A stretch of 23,758 nt of DNA from Promethearchaeota archaeon (GTDB lineage Archaea; Asgardarchaeota; Lokiarchaeia; Sigyniarchaeales; SOKP01): contig JABXKD010000059.1 in NCBI GenBank assembly GCA_013375475.1, positions 1 through 23,758 of the forward strand, read 5' to 3'. The translations under genes were made by a program, and so were the position numbers. Below the pieces are notes generated by a model. The model made no database searches. It saw only the letters and a list, made by a program, of their open reading frames with translations, and had not been told where the DNA came from. Below are positions 1-8,347 of this stretch, piece by piece. Within the stretch, counting starts at the first letter, position 1, and every line of letters starts with the position of its first letter.

Positions 1-1
1 A

Positions 2-991
2 ATGGAAATATGGTACTATGTGAATAAAATTCCCTTCGATGCAGATGTAAATAATTATATCCATGCAATCATCAGAGACTTTACGTTATGCGAGAGAGTA
101 GATAAAGGGAGTTCTGAAAATCTCAAACCAAGTACAGGTTTATGCTCAGGATGTCATTTCAATACAAACCAAAATGTTTGTAATAAAATCGAAACCATAT
201 TAAGTGTAAGAGTAGCTAAGGATCTTTTAAGATACTCGAAAGCTTTAACTTGGTTATTAAATCTTAAACAAGTAGACATCAACCTTGTAAATACAATTGC
301 TCCCTATGTAATTTCTCATAGAGTAATGTATTCAAGAAGAGAGTTAGAAAAATCACCATTTTGGGGAAACCCATACGAATTTTCACGGAATATCTTGAAT
401 TTAATTCAGAAACGTTATATCAATCGTGAAGTCTGTTACCAAATAGCAAAGAGATTTAGGGACGGGATATCTAAAGATGAAGATTTAGCTACATTAAAAA
501 ATTACCAAAAAAACGATTTGATTGTAAAAAACGATCTACTACCTTTTGTTAATTCAGTCAAGGATAAAAAGTATTCTAAAATTGCCCAAAAGATACAAAA
601 TGCGTCAAAAAATGGAGATATCGATACACTTGCAAAAATTAGAAATGATTTGATTGAAGATATTGATTTCCCTAACAGAGCCTATTTAATTAATCTATGT
701 AACCAAGAATTATATAAACAAACAGTCACGGATTATCTTTTTAAGTATTTAAACCACAAAGAAATCTGGGCGGACATCGCTAGCGAGTTTCCCAAATTAG
801 AAAAGCCTTTGCTAGAGGCTTTTAAAAGAAGGCAGACTCGGCAAATCAGGACAGAAGATTTACTTATTGAAATAAATGTTACGGGAATAAACGATGATTC
901 TTTAGTTAACATTCAGATTTCGGGGGGCTCAGAAGCTCTAAAATTAAGAACCATTTTAGATAAAATAGACTACATTCAGAAGGAGGACTAG
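2..991 (+). CDS. MoxR-type AAA+ ATPase, C-terminal part (probably 5'-truncated by the window edge)
   Basis: The segment LSVRVAKDLLRYSKAL...IAPYVISHR resembles the MoxR/clade-7 AAA+ lid (SxR...AKA...LAPYVLxHR). It lies 17 bp upstream of a vWA gene. Walker motifs are not in the window, so the ATG at 2 is probably internal. Confidence 0.7.
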   Translation: MEIWYYVNKIPFDADVNNYIHAIIRDFTLCERVDKGSSENLKPSTGLCSGCHFNTNQNVCNKIETILSVRVAKDLLRYSKALTWLLNLKQVDINLVNTIAPYVISHRVMYSRRELEKSPFWGNPYEFSRNILNLIQKRYINREVCYQIAKRFRDGISKDEDLATLKNYQKNDLIVKNDLLPFVNSVKDKKYSKIAQKIQNASKNGDIDTLAKIRNDLIEDIDFPNRAYLINLCNQELYKQTVTDYLFKYLNHKEIWADIASEFPKLEKPLLEAFKRRQTRQIRTEDLLIEINVTGINDDSLVNIQISGGSEALKLRTILDKIDYIQKED

Positions 992-1008
992 TATAGGATA
1001 GATTCGGT

Positions 1009-2736
1009 ATGGCAAAAACTAAAAGGAATGTAATAAGTGCTCCCAAAAAGGTTTTAACCCCAAAAGAACAACATGTTGTCAAATTAGCGAAAATCGCTTG
1101 GTCTCGAACACAAAAAGAATTCTTTTTCCCTCCCTTAGACATGCCGAATTTCATATTTGATTACTCAAATTTAGAGGGTTTTTATATTGACCCTCAAGAT
1201 AAATGGAAAATCACTATGAATTTAGCAAACACGCCAATTTTCATAGAAGATCAAGAATATATAAATTATTTCTATGCTATATCTCTTCATGAAGTATCTC
1301 ACTACCAAATTATTCCATATGACGGTTTAATCAATGCGAACCTATTAAAAGCTGCTATGAAATATGTAAACGAAAATTTTGCACCAATTGTGGTTAATAT
1401 TTTCGCAGATTTGATTATTGACGCTAAACTTTATAAAAAAAACCCCGATTTAATCTATTGGGAACTAACTAAAACTTATGCCAAACTCTTGGACAATAGC
1501 AAAAATAAACTAAGTGAGTTCTCGAAATTTCTATTTAGAAGTTACGAAAAACTTTTGGATGTTAATATTGCTGATGATGGCTTTTTCTCCAGCGTGGAAA
1601 GTCTTTCGAGTCGGGTAGTGAATGTTGTAAAAAAGGAATTGGAAGATGAAACCCTCTGGGAAGATAAAGTTTCTAGAATAGCCTATCATCTAAAATCGCT
1701 CGTGAACAATACATTTACATTGCTAGGTTCAAGAACTCAATGCGGTGAGGGTAAAGCTACTCGAAAATCCCCAGGAAGGGGTGGTTTTAATGTGGAATTC
1801 CCCGAGGATATTTTAGAGATCATGGATAATCCTTTAGAAAACAAGAATCGAGATAAATTGAAAGAGGATAAAGACGACGAATTAAGACAAAAAGCAGAAG
1901 AGTTCGCAAGAAAAACACCTTTCTCAGAGTTTGGAGCCCCTGCAGGTCAAGCAGGAATAATGATTGATGGAAATCCTTTAGCTACATGGTATAGAGGCTT
2001 GGCAAAAGATTTAATTCAGATAAAAATTTACGAAGAGAAACCCGGAGGACAATTACCTGTATACCCTGAAGTTTGGCGTCTTGGAGAACCTTTAGAAGAG
2101 TTGGATATTGTTCAAACTATACTGAGTAGCCCTATAATTATTCCAAATATAACTACGCGAAAATGGGCCAAGAAAATAGGTGAGGGGCATTTAGTAGAAA
2201 AGCAAATACCCGATTTACTGCTCGTACTTGATTCTTCAGGTTCTATGAAATGGAATTATTTGGCAGAGAAAGCCAGTGGGGTTTATCATACTGCGTTATT
2301 AGCATCCTTTGCAGCGCTCCATTTTGCTGCCAATAAAGGTGTTAAATTTAGCATTATTAATTTTTCTAATCAAGCTGATATATGTGATTGGACAAATAAC
2401 TATCAAAAAGCAGAACGAACACTATTAAGATATCAAGGCGGAGGGACGCAGTTACCAATAAAAGCGATAGAAAAGCAATGCGAAAAATCGGAAAGAGAAG
2501 TTCTACTATTTATTATAACTGACTTTGGAATCTATAATTGGAATAGCGCAAAAAAGTTACTTCTAAGTTTAACTAATAAAGGACACAAAATTGTGGGTTT
2601 TTTCATTGGAGCCTCTAAAATACCTGGAGATAAATTCAAAGGCTTATTAGAAAAATTAACATTTTACGCAATTAAGAACAGTAAAGATTTAATTAATTTG
2701 GTAATAGAAGAAGTAAGGAAATACTATTCAACATGA
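1009..2736 (+). CDS. vWA domain protein with N-terminal HEXXH putative metallopeptidase domain
   Basis: ISLHEVSHY (HEXXH at 1288-1302) followed by NIFADLIID; C-terminal MIDAS DSSGS (2230-2244), GGGT and ITD. Confidence 0.85.
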   Translation: MAKTKRNVISAPKKVLTPKEQHVVKLAKIAWSRTQKEFFFPPLDMPNFIFDYSNLEGFYIDPQDKWKITMNLANTPIFIEDQEYINYFYAISLHEVSHYQIIPYDGLINANLLKAAMKYVNENFAPIVVNIFADLIIDAKLYKKNPDLIYWELTKTYAKLLDNSKNKLSEFSKFLFRSYEKLLDVNIADDGFFSSVESLSSRVVNVVKKELEDETLWEDKVSRIAYHLKSLVNNTFTLLGSRTQCGEGKATRKSPGRGGFNVEFPEDILEIMDNPLENKNRDKLKEDKDDELRQKAEEFARKTPFSEFGAPAGQAGIMIDGNPLATWYRGLAKDLIQIKIYEEKPGGQLPVYPEVWRLGEPLEELDIVQTILSSPIIIPNITTRKWAKKIGEGHLVEKQIPDLLLVLDSSGSMKWNYLAEKASGVYHTALLASFAALHFAANKGVKFSIINFSNQADICDWTNNYQKAERTLLRYQGGGTQLPIKAIEKQCEKSEREVLLFIITDFGIYNWNSAKKLLLSLTNKGHKIVGFFIGASKIPGDKFKGLLEKLTFYAIKNSKDLINLVIEEVRKYYST

Positions 2737-2739
2737 AAT

Positions 2740-3126
2740 TTAAGGTTGTTTATTCATTTCCCGTAGATATTGCTTCATGAAATACCTCTGACTCTCGCAA
2801 TACATTAGTCTTTGCTTTTCCGTTAAGTGAGTACATCTTTGTAGAACCGTTTGAATCTCTTGGAGCAGTTTAAAATTTGACCTCTTGCTTTTTTCCGGTA
2901 GTTGATTTATTTTAGCTTTAAGTTCTTCTTTTATTTCTTCATCATAAAACAAATCCTTAAGATTGAGAATAGGTTCTGAATCATTCAACCTCGATGTTAT
3001 CATTATTGGCAACCTGCAGAATTTTTTATTCGATTGGTTCTCTTTTTGCAGATATTCAGATAATAGCCTTGAAATATCTACATATATATAGAAATCAGAA
3101 TACTTCTTCTTTTCAAACTGAGTGAT
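2740..3126 (-). CDS. Hypothetical protein (start uncertain: ATC 3126, CTG 3132, TTG 3012 or ATG 3003)
   Basis: The frame stays open up to 3141, with TAA at 3142-3144. The composition is protein-like, and the gene converges on the vWA gene with a 3-bp gap. A TATA-like TTTAAGTA sits at 3154-3147. Confidence 0.55.
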   Translation of the reverse strand: MTQFEKKKYSDFYIYVDISRLLSEYLQKENQSNKKFCRLPIMITSRLNDSEPILNLKDLFYDEEIKEELKAKINQLPEKSKRSNFKLLQEIQTVLQRCTHLTEKQRLMYCESQRYFMKQYLREMNKQP

Positions 3127-3188
3127 ATGCAGGTAATACCATTATATACTTAAATAGCCGACTAATTAGATCTTTTGCTAAATCAGTA

Positions 3189-3236
3189 CAATAAGAAAAT
3201 AACTATAGCAATAAGATCAAACTATAGTAAAACTAT
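3189..3236. repeat. Imperfect tandem repeat CAATAAGA-n-AACTATAG (2 full copies plus a partial copy)
   Basis: caataagaaaataactatag (3189-3208), caataagatcaaactatag (3209-3227), then aaaactat. Confidence 0.45.
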
Positions 3237-3287
3237 GTTTAAAAATGTAAAAATTATCTTAAAATAGGAATATTATTTTTAAGAAGA

Positions 3288-3932
3288 TTAAAAGTGCTTT
3301 TCAAGCCAATCTTCAAATTTAATCTTTCTAAGTTCTTCTGCCCAAAGTACTTTGATATTGGGTTGGTCAGGAAGTAAATTTTGATTTTTTAAAAGTTCAT
3401 AAAGTTTCTCGAGTGCTTTTTCGATTAAAATACCATATAATTTTGTCTCTTTTTCGTCAATTTCTAGTTTATTTTTAATTTTTTCCTTGGTATCGTTAAC
3501 AATCTTTACCCAACCCTCCGCAAATTTTAAAATGTATTCTTCCATATTATTTAAACTCTCCATGGTAAATATTGGAAAAGTTACTGTGTACTTGTCTCCT
3601 TGTAATTTAACTAAATTATACCATTCTAAATTTAATAGATGATTTTTGATTGTTTCTTTATCCCATTGATATTTTAGCTTACATTCGTATTCTTCTTTTG
3701 ATATTAACAGAGGATTCGGTGAAAAATTTAGATTTTCATGCAGTTCCTCGAAACTTTTCGGACTTTTAGCGAGCGTAATTAGAATCTCTCTCCTTACCTT
3801 ATTTTCTAACACCCATGGAACTTCTAACTCATCCCAAGGTTGCATTGTTCCAAAATCAAACCAGGGTTCAATCTCGTCGATGTTTATTTTTCCCCTAAAA
3901 CGGTAATTCTGGTACTTCATGTTCTCTTTCAT
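3288..3932 (-). CDS. Winged-helix (ArsR-like) domain protein, putative regulator
   Basis: RREILITLAKSPKSFEEL...TIKNHLLNLEWYNLV matches the ArsR-type wHTH pattern. A strong GGAGG precedes ATG 3932, which I prefer to TTG 3968. Confidence 0.6.
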   Translation of the reverse strand: MKENMKYQNYRFRGKINIDEIEPWFDFGTMQPWDELEVPWVLENKVRREILITLAKSPKSFEELHENLNFSPNPLLISKEEYECKLKYQWDKETIKNHLLNLEWYNLVKLQGDKYTVTFPIFTMESLNNMEEYILKFAEGWVKIVNDTKEKIKNKLEIDEKETKLYGILIEKALEKLYELLKNQNLLPDQPNIKVLWAEELRKIKFEDWLEKHF

Positions 3933-3986
3933 TCTTTCCTCCTTAGTCCTAACAATATTATTTAACAATCTAAAATTTAATTTTCC

Positions 3987-4505
3987 CTATAATGCTTCAA
4001 GTATCTCTGGGAGCAATAACCATCCTTTTCTTTCGTGAATTATGGTTCCTTTTTCGTCAATAACAAATTGTCCGGGACCCTGCTTCTCCCAACCTTCATA
4101 TTCGCCGTGTTGAAGTCCCAACTTTACTGCTTCCTTCAATTTGCTTCTAACTTTTGTTACTGCTTCAGCGGTCATTAATCCTAATCCGTATTCTGCGTAT
4201 AACTCGTTCTTCGTTGAAGGTATTACAGGAAAGTCAATTTTATATTTCTCAATAAACTCTTTAGCGACCTTTTCACCAGATTGAGTTACATAGATTAATT
4301 TAGCTCCTTTATTTCTTATTTCAGTGACTTTCTCCATTAGTATATTTAGATCCAATTGACAAATTGGACAGCCAAAATACCTTGAGAAAATTAAAACAAT
4401 CTTTTTTTTCCCTATCAATTCTCCTAATTCAATTGTTCCAGCATTGTAGGAATCAATTTTGAATAAAGGAGCTTTATCTCCTTCCTTTATATTATTCTTA
4501 CTCAT
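3987..4505 (-). CDS. AhpC/TSA-family redoxin (peroxiredoxin-like, CxxC)
   Basis: GDKAPLF, FSRYFGCPIC, LYAEYGL and QGPGQFVIDEKG are typical of Prx-like thioredoxin-fold proteins. Confidence 0.85.
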   Translation of the reverse strand: MSKNNIKEGDKAPLFKIDSYNAGTIELGELIGKKKIVLIFSRYFGCPICQLDLNILMEKVTEIRNKGAKLIYVTQSGEKVAKEFIEKYKIDFPVIPSTKNELYAEYGLGLMTAEAVTKVRSKLKEAVKLGLQHGEYEGWEKQGPGQFVIDEKGTIIHERKGWLLLPEILEAL

Positions 4506-4555
4506 TTTTTATTTTCACTTTTTTTTTATTTTTAGATTACATTACATTATTTTAT

Positions 4556-5527
4556 TTATAATTTTACTTCCTCTTGAAGCATTGCTTCTATAAGAATGTC
4601 TGTTGCTTCTTCCTCGGATAAACCCTTAGCCATAAGTTCATCTAGCCATTTTTGTGGAAACCGACCTAAAGAAGCTTCGTGTGAAATGCTTGAAGTTGGG
4701 TCGGTAGCTCTAATGAAAGGGCGAGCTCTACATATTGAACCACGCCCAAGAACAATCTCACTACATTCAACATGCCCGTTGCAATAAGGGGCATTACCTT
4801 CAGTAATTCCGTACATTAAAACTTCTCCTCCATCCTTTGCAGCAGCTTTCATTTTAATAACGCTTCTAGCATTTTCTCCTTCAAGAAAAACTGAATCACG
4901 AATTCTTACAGAATCTTTAATATTTTTTCCAAAAGCTCTAACATTTGATCTAATAATACTATCTTTCATTGCGTAAATGTCAATTAATATTTTAACCCTA
5001 CCAGGGGTTCCTTTACTAAGATTAAAATTATTTTCGAAGACGCTATTTTCTCCAACATATATATAGCTTACTGGAGCAACTAAAGCCCCACTCTTTTCGC
5101 CATGGTAATGAGTTTCACTATATGTAAAATTACAATTTTCTCCTATGTAATAATGACCAAACATTTTATGAATTAACCCATTTGCGTTTGGAAAGCTACA
5201 GTGAGCTTGAATATTTACATCTGTATTATCTTCGGCTATAATTCTTGGAAAAATCTCTTGAACTCCGGTTTCCTTATTTATTCCAAAACATAAATGAACC
5301 GGGTCTTCAAGTTTCGTTCCTTCTTTTATAAGGATATCAGCAACTATTCCATTAGGAATTTCGCGTCCCTTTAATACTATACCATCAACTTGTTCGATAC
5401 CGGATATTTTGTTGAAATCTAATAATAGTTTGGCACCTTTGCCGTGACCAGGTAAAAAATTTCGAATGTCTATGTTATACTCTTCAAGACTTTGCAATAT
5501 ATCTTCAGGGTAATCGCTACTTTTCAT
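4556..5527 (-). CDS. sufB: SufB/SufD-family Fe-S scaffold (SmsB of the SUF-like minimal system)
   Basis: PVHLCFG, AHCSFP, ETHYHG, GHVECSEI and HEASLG...LMAKGLSEEEA; ATGA overlap with the upstream ATPase gene. Confidence 0.88.
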   Translation of the reverse strand: MKSSDYPEDILQSLEEYNIDIRNFLPGHGKGAKLLLDFNKISGIEQVDGIVLKGREIPNGIVADILIKEGTKLEDPVHLCFGINKETGVQEIFPRIIAEDNTDVNIQAHCSFPNANGLIHKMFGHYYIGENCNFTYSETHYHGEKSGALVAPVSYIYVGENSVFENNFNLSKGTPGRVKILIDIYAMKDSIIRSNVRAFGKNIKDSVRIRDSVFLEGENARSVIKMKAAAKDGGEVLMYGITEGNAPYCNGHVECSEIVLGRGSICRARPFIRATDPTSSISHEASLGRFPQKWLDELMAKGLSEEEATDILIEAMLQEEVKL

Positions 5528-6321
5528 GATAAGTTCTCTTCTCTAAATATTCTATCAATATAATCATCATCAAAGCATACTGCTCCATTTTTGAACAAAG
5601 TTCTTTTGCAAAACTCTTTAAGCCCTGCTTTAGCACAATATCTAACCATTACCTTCGGAAACTCATCAGTAATAATATGGTTGCCACGCCATAACAATGT
5701 TCCATAATCTGCTACCATTCCAATGTCTTCGCGATGAGTAATTAATAAGATCGTCATGTTTAGCTTTTTTATATTATCAAAAATATTCATAAAATCCTCC
5801 AGCACGATAAAGTCCAAACCACTGTCAGGTTCGTCCAATATAATTAATCGGGGATTCATTGCTATAGCTGCGGCTAATTCTACTCTCTTTCTTTCTCCTC
5901 CACTTAGCGATTTATCAATTATTCGGTTGTAATACCTTTCGGGTTCCAAATTGACAATTTTTAAAACTTCAAAGACTTTTTCTTTCATTTTTGATTTATC
6001 TTTCATACCTAAAGACACATATTTATACACAGATAAACCATCGATTCTCGCGGGTTCTTGCCATGTTAAAGTAATTCCAAGCCTTGCTCTTTCTGTTATA
6101 TTCAAATTAGTAATGTCAACACCATCAAAGTATATCTTTCCCTTTAACGCTTTATAATCCCCTAATCCCATGATGGTATATGCTAAAGTCGATTTACCGG
6201 ACCCGTTTGGTCCCACTATAGCGTGAATCGAACCTTCCTTAATTCCAAAAGAAACATCATTTACAATGACGCACTTCTGGTCAAAAGTTGGAATTGTTAC
6301 TCCACTCAGTTCTAATAACAA
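5524..6321 (-). CDS. sufC: SufC-like ABC ATPase (SmsC)
   Basis: Walker A GPNGSGKS, signature LSGGERKR, Walker B ILDEPDSGLD, and C-terminal Cys residues. TTG start with an upstream GAGGA. Confidence 0.9.
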   Translation of the reverse strand: MLLELSGVTIPTFDQKCVIVNDVSFGIKEGSIHAIVGPNGSGKSTLAYTIMGLGDYKALKGKIYFDGVDITNLNITERARLGITLTWQEPARIDGLSVYKYVSLGMKDKSKMKEKVFEVLKIVNLEPERYYNRIIDKSLSGGERKRVELAAAIAMNPRLIILDEPDSGLDFIVLEDFMNIFDNIKKLNMTILLITHREDIGMVADYGTLLWRGNHIITDEFPKVMVRYCAKAGLKEFCKRTLFKNGAVCFDDDYIDRIFREENLS

Positions 6322-6585
6322 TTAATAATCCTCGAGTTGTTATTATATTTACTATACCCTTATAATTCGTCAAATTTTTAATATTTAATGTTACTAAATA
6401 TTTATTCAAAATAACTTTCACTTTTTAAACTAGTTAAATATCGATTTAAATTATTTATTATTTAAGATCATCTAAACAGATTGCTTCTAATCGAATTTCT
6501 TAGAGATACCTAAAATTAATAGAGCTTAAGTGAAAGAAAATAAAAATTTAGTGAAAATTACTATTTTTCAGTTCACAACTGCTAA

Positions 6586-6717
6586 TTACCAGTAAAACCC
6601 TAAACTTCCTAACCAGATCAAAAAGAATAAAGCAGCGAAAAAAGCCGTAAGTCCTAAAATTTCAGATCTCCTTTCTTTTATAAAATCCCTTTTTTTCTTA
6701 TTTTCAGTTTTATTCAT
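6586..6717 (-). CDS. 43-aa single-pass membrane protein (not in the ORF track)
   Basis: My translation: MNKTENKKKRDFIKERRSEILGLTAFFAALFFLIWLGSLGFYW*. It has a basic N-terminus and a C-terminal hydrophobic helix, and lies in an otherwise empty 600-bp gap. Confidence 0.65.
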   Translation of the reverse strand: MNKTENKKKRDFIKERRSEILGLTAFFAALFFLIWLGSLGFYW

Positions 6718-6925
6718 GATCAATTATTCAGAAAAAGGATATTTATTCCTCTGGATAATAAAAAATAAAACTTAGGTACATTCGTCTTATGATTTGAATC
6801 AAGAATGCTTTTATATATAATAAAAAATACATAAGAGGAATTTTAATATTGAAATGTTTCCTAAATATAATATTAGAAGCATTTTAATTGATAATTTAAA
6901 AATTAAATAATTCATCTAAAAGGAA

Positions 6926-7726
6926 ATGAATATGGTTAAAAAGGAATATATCTGTGAAAAGGGTAAAAAAAGTTCAATAATCATTGAGGACCTGAAAACT
7001 GAAATAAAAGAAGGCGCGACAATGATTTTAGGTTTTGCTGGAATTGGTTTGATTGGTCCAATCGTAGCAAATACTTTAATCGAACAAATTCCGGATATTA
7101 TTGAGATAGGTTTTGTTACAAGTGAGTACTTACCTCCAATTTCTGTCTTTTATGAAGGTGTACTAAAGCATCCATTTCGAATATATTATTCTACTATGCA
7201 CAATCTCATTGTTGGTATCTCTGAGGTACCATTTCAGGTAGCAACTGCTTATAACGACTTGTCCAAAACTATTAATAACTGGTTATTATCAGAAGATGTA
7301 AAAGCAAAAGAAGTTGTGATTTTCCAGGGTATACCTCAACGTGGAATTATTGACGATTATCCCGTTTATTATGCTGCTGAAGCTGATATGATTGAATCTT
7401 TAGAAAAATTCGATATAAAAAAGGTAGAAAAAGGCATTATCGTAGGTGCTGAGGCTACAGTGTTAAACGAGGCGTTATCTAGTAAATTGAAAGCGTATGC
7501 TCTGTTTACTCCAGTGTTAGAAATTCCAACACCCGAGGGAGCAGCAGCAATAATAGAAGTATTAAACAAAATATATAGTTTAAACATCGAAACATCAAAA
7601 CTAATAGAAGAAGGTAAAGATATTAAAGCTAAGATGTTAGAACTAGCTGAAAAAGCTCAAGCGTACCAACAACAACAACAATTGCCAGAGCGTCCTAAAG
7701 AAGGGTATACGCAATATTTTCAATAA
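6926..7726 (+). CDS. PAC2-family proteasome assembly chaperone (PbaA/PbaB-like)
   Basis: ILGFAGIGLIGPIVANTLIEQ, LPPISV, HPFRIY, GIIVGAEA, PTPEGAA and IETSKLIEEG. Confidence 0.88.
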   Translation: MNMVKKEYICEKGKKSSIIIEDLKTEIKEGATMILGFAGIGLIGPIVANTLIEQIPDIIEIGFVTSEYLPPISVFYEGVLKHPFRIYYSTMHNLIVGISEVPFQVATAYNDLSKTINNWLLSEDVKAKEVVIFQGIPQRGIIDDYPVYYAAEADMIESLEKFDIKKVEKGIIVGAEATVLNEALSSKLKAYALFTPVLEIPTPEGAAAIIEVLNKIYSLNIETSKLIEEGKDIKAKMLELAEKAQAYQQQQQLPERPKEGYTQYFQ

Positions 7727-7746
7727 TTTTTTTACTATTTTTTTTT
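7727..7746 (+). terminator. Oligo-T archaeal-type terminator
   Basis: T-tracts immediately after the PAC2 stop codon. Confidence 0.4.
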
Positions 7747-7864
7747 GTTATCTTGCTAAGCTATTCACCTAATTTTTTATAAAAACTAATTTTAAAATTC
7801 TTGGATAATTTCCCTAATTGAATTAATTTATTATAAGAGGTAAAAAGATATCAAGGAAGTTTTT

Positions 7865-8290
7865 ATTCCAGTCCAGATAGATCAAGAGCAATGTTTAAGG
7901 TGCGAGCGGTGCTTACGCGCTTGTAAAGCAGAAGCAATCTATTTTGATCATGGAATTCGGAAAGTGGATTACGCGAAATGTAAAGCTTGCCTTAGTTGCG
8001 TTAATGTATGTCCAAGAAACGCGATTGAGGTAACTTCAATTTCTCAAGCTAATCAAATAGTTAGCATAAAGATAGACCACGAAAAATGCACTATGTGTGA
8101 AAAGTGCTTAGACCAAAATGGAAAATTCTGTCCACAAAATCTCTTTTATAAAGATGATGTAACGGGGGTTGACGGAAAAGAAACTGGAATTAGATACAAG
8201 TACAGTGAAATATCTAAATGCCAAGGATGTTTAAAATGCGAGTTATCTTGTCCAGATGGAGCCATCGAGCCTATCAAATATGAAGCTTAA
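7865..8290 (+). CDS. Polyferredoxin with four [4Fe-4S] motifs; inferred ATT start
   Basis: Motifs CLRCERCLRAC, CKACLSCVNVCP, CTMCEKC-x7-CP and CQGCLKCELSCP. The first motif lies upstream of GTG 7964, and there is no ATG/GTG/TTG between the in-frame TAA at 7841 and 7964. Confidence 0.85.
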   Translation: MPVQIDQEQCLRCERCLRACKAEAIYFDHGIRKVDYAKCKACLSCVNVCPRNAIEVTSISQANQIVSIKIDHEKCTMCEKCLDQNGKFCPQNLFYKDDVTGVDGKETGIRYKYSEISKCQGCLKCELSCPDGAIEPIKYEA

Positions 8291-8347
8291 TAATTAATCC
8301 TTAAGATTTTTATTTATATAATTAAAAAAAAAGAAGAGAATAATAGC

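Noticed and set aside
3026-3142. ATG 3142 frame with three in-frame TGA codons (possible recoding)
   Set aside because: The read-through product is short and unrecognisable, the adjacent frame is fully open, and TGA is used as a normal stop in this window (2734-2736, 5524-5526).
3189-3236. CRISPR-like array
   Set aside because: Only two short adjacent units, with no spacers and no cas genes.
3987-4505. Possible selenoprotein (Prx-like Sec proteins are reported in Lokiarchaeota)
   Set aside because: Both CxxC codons are TGT and there is no in-frame TGA.
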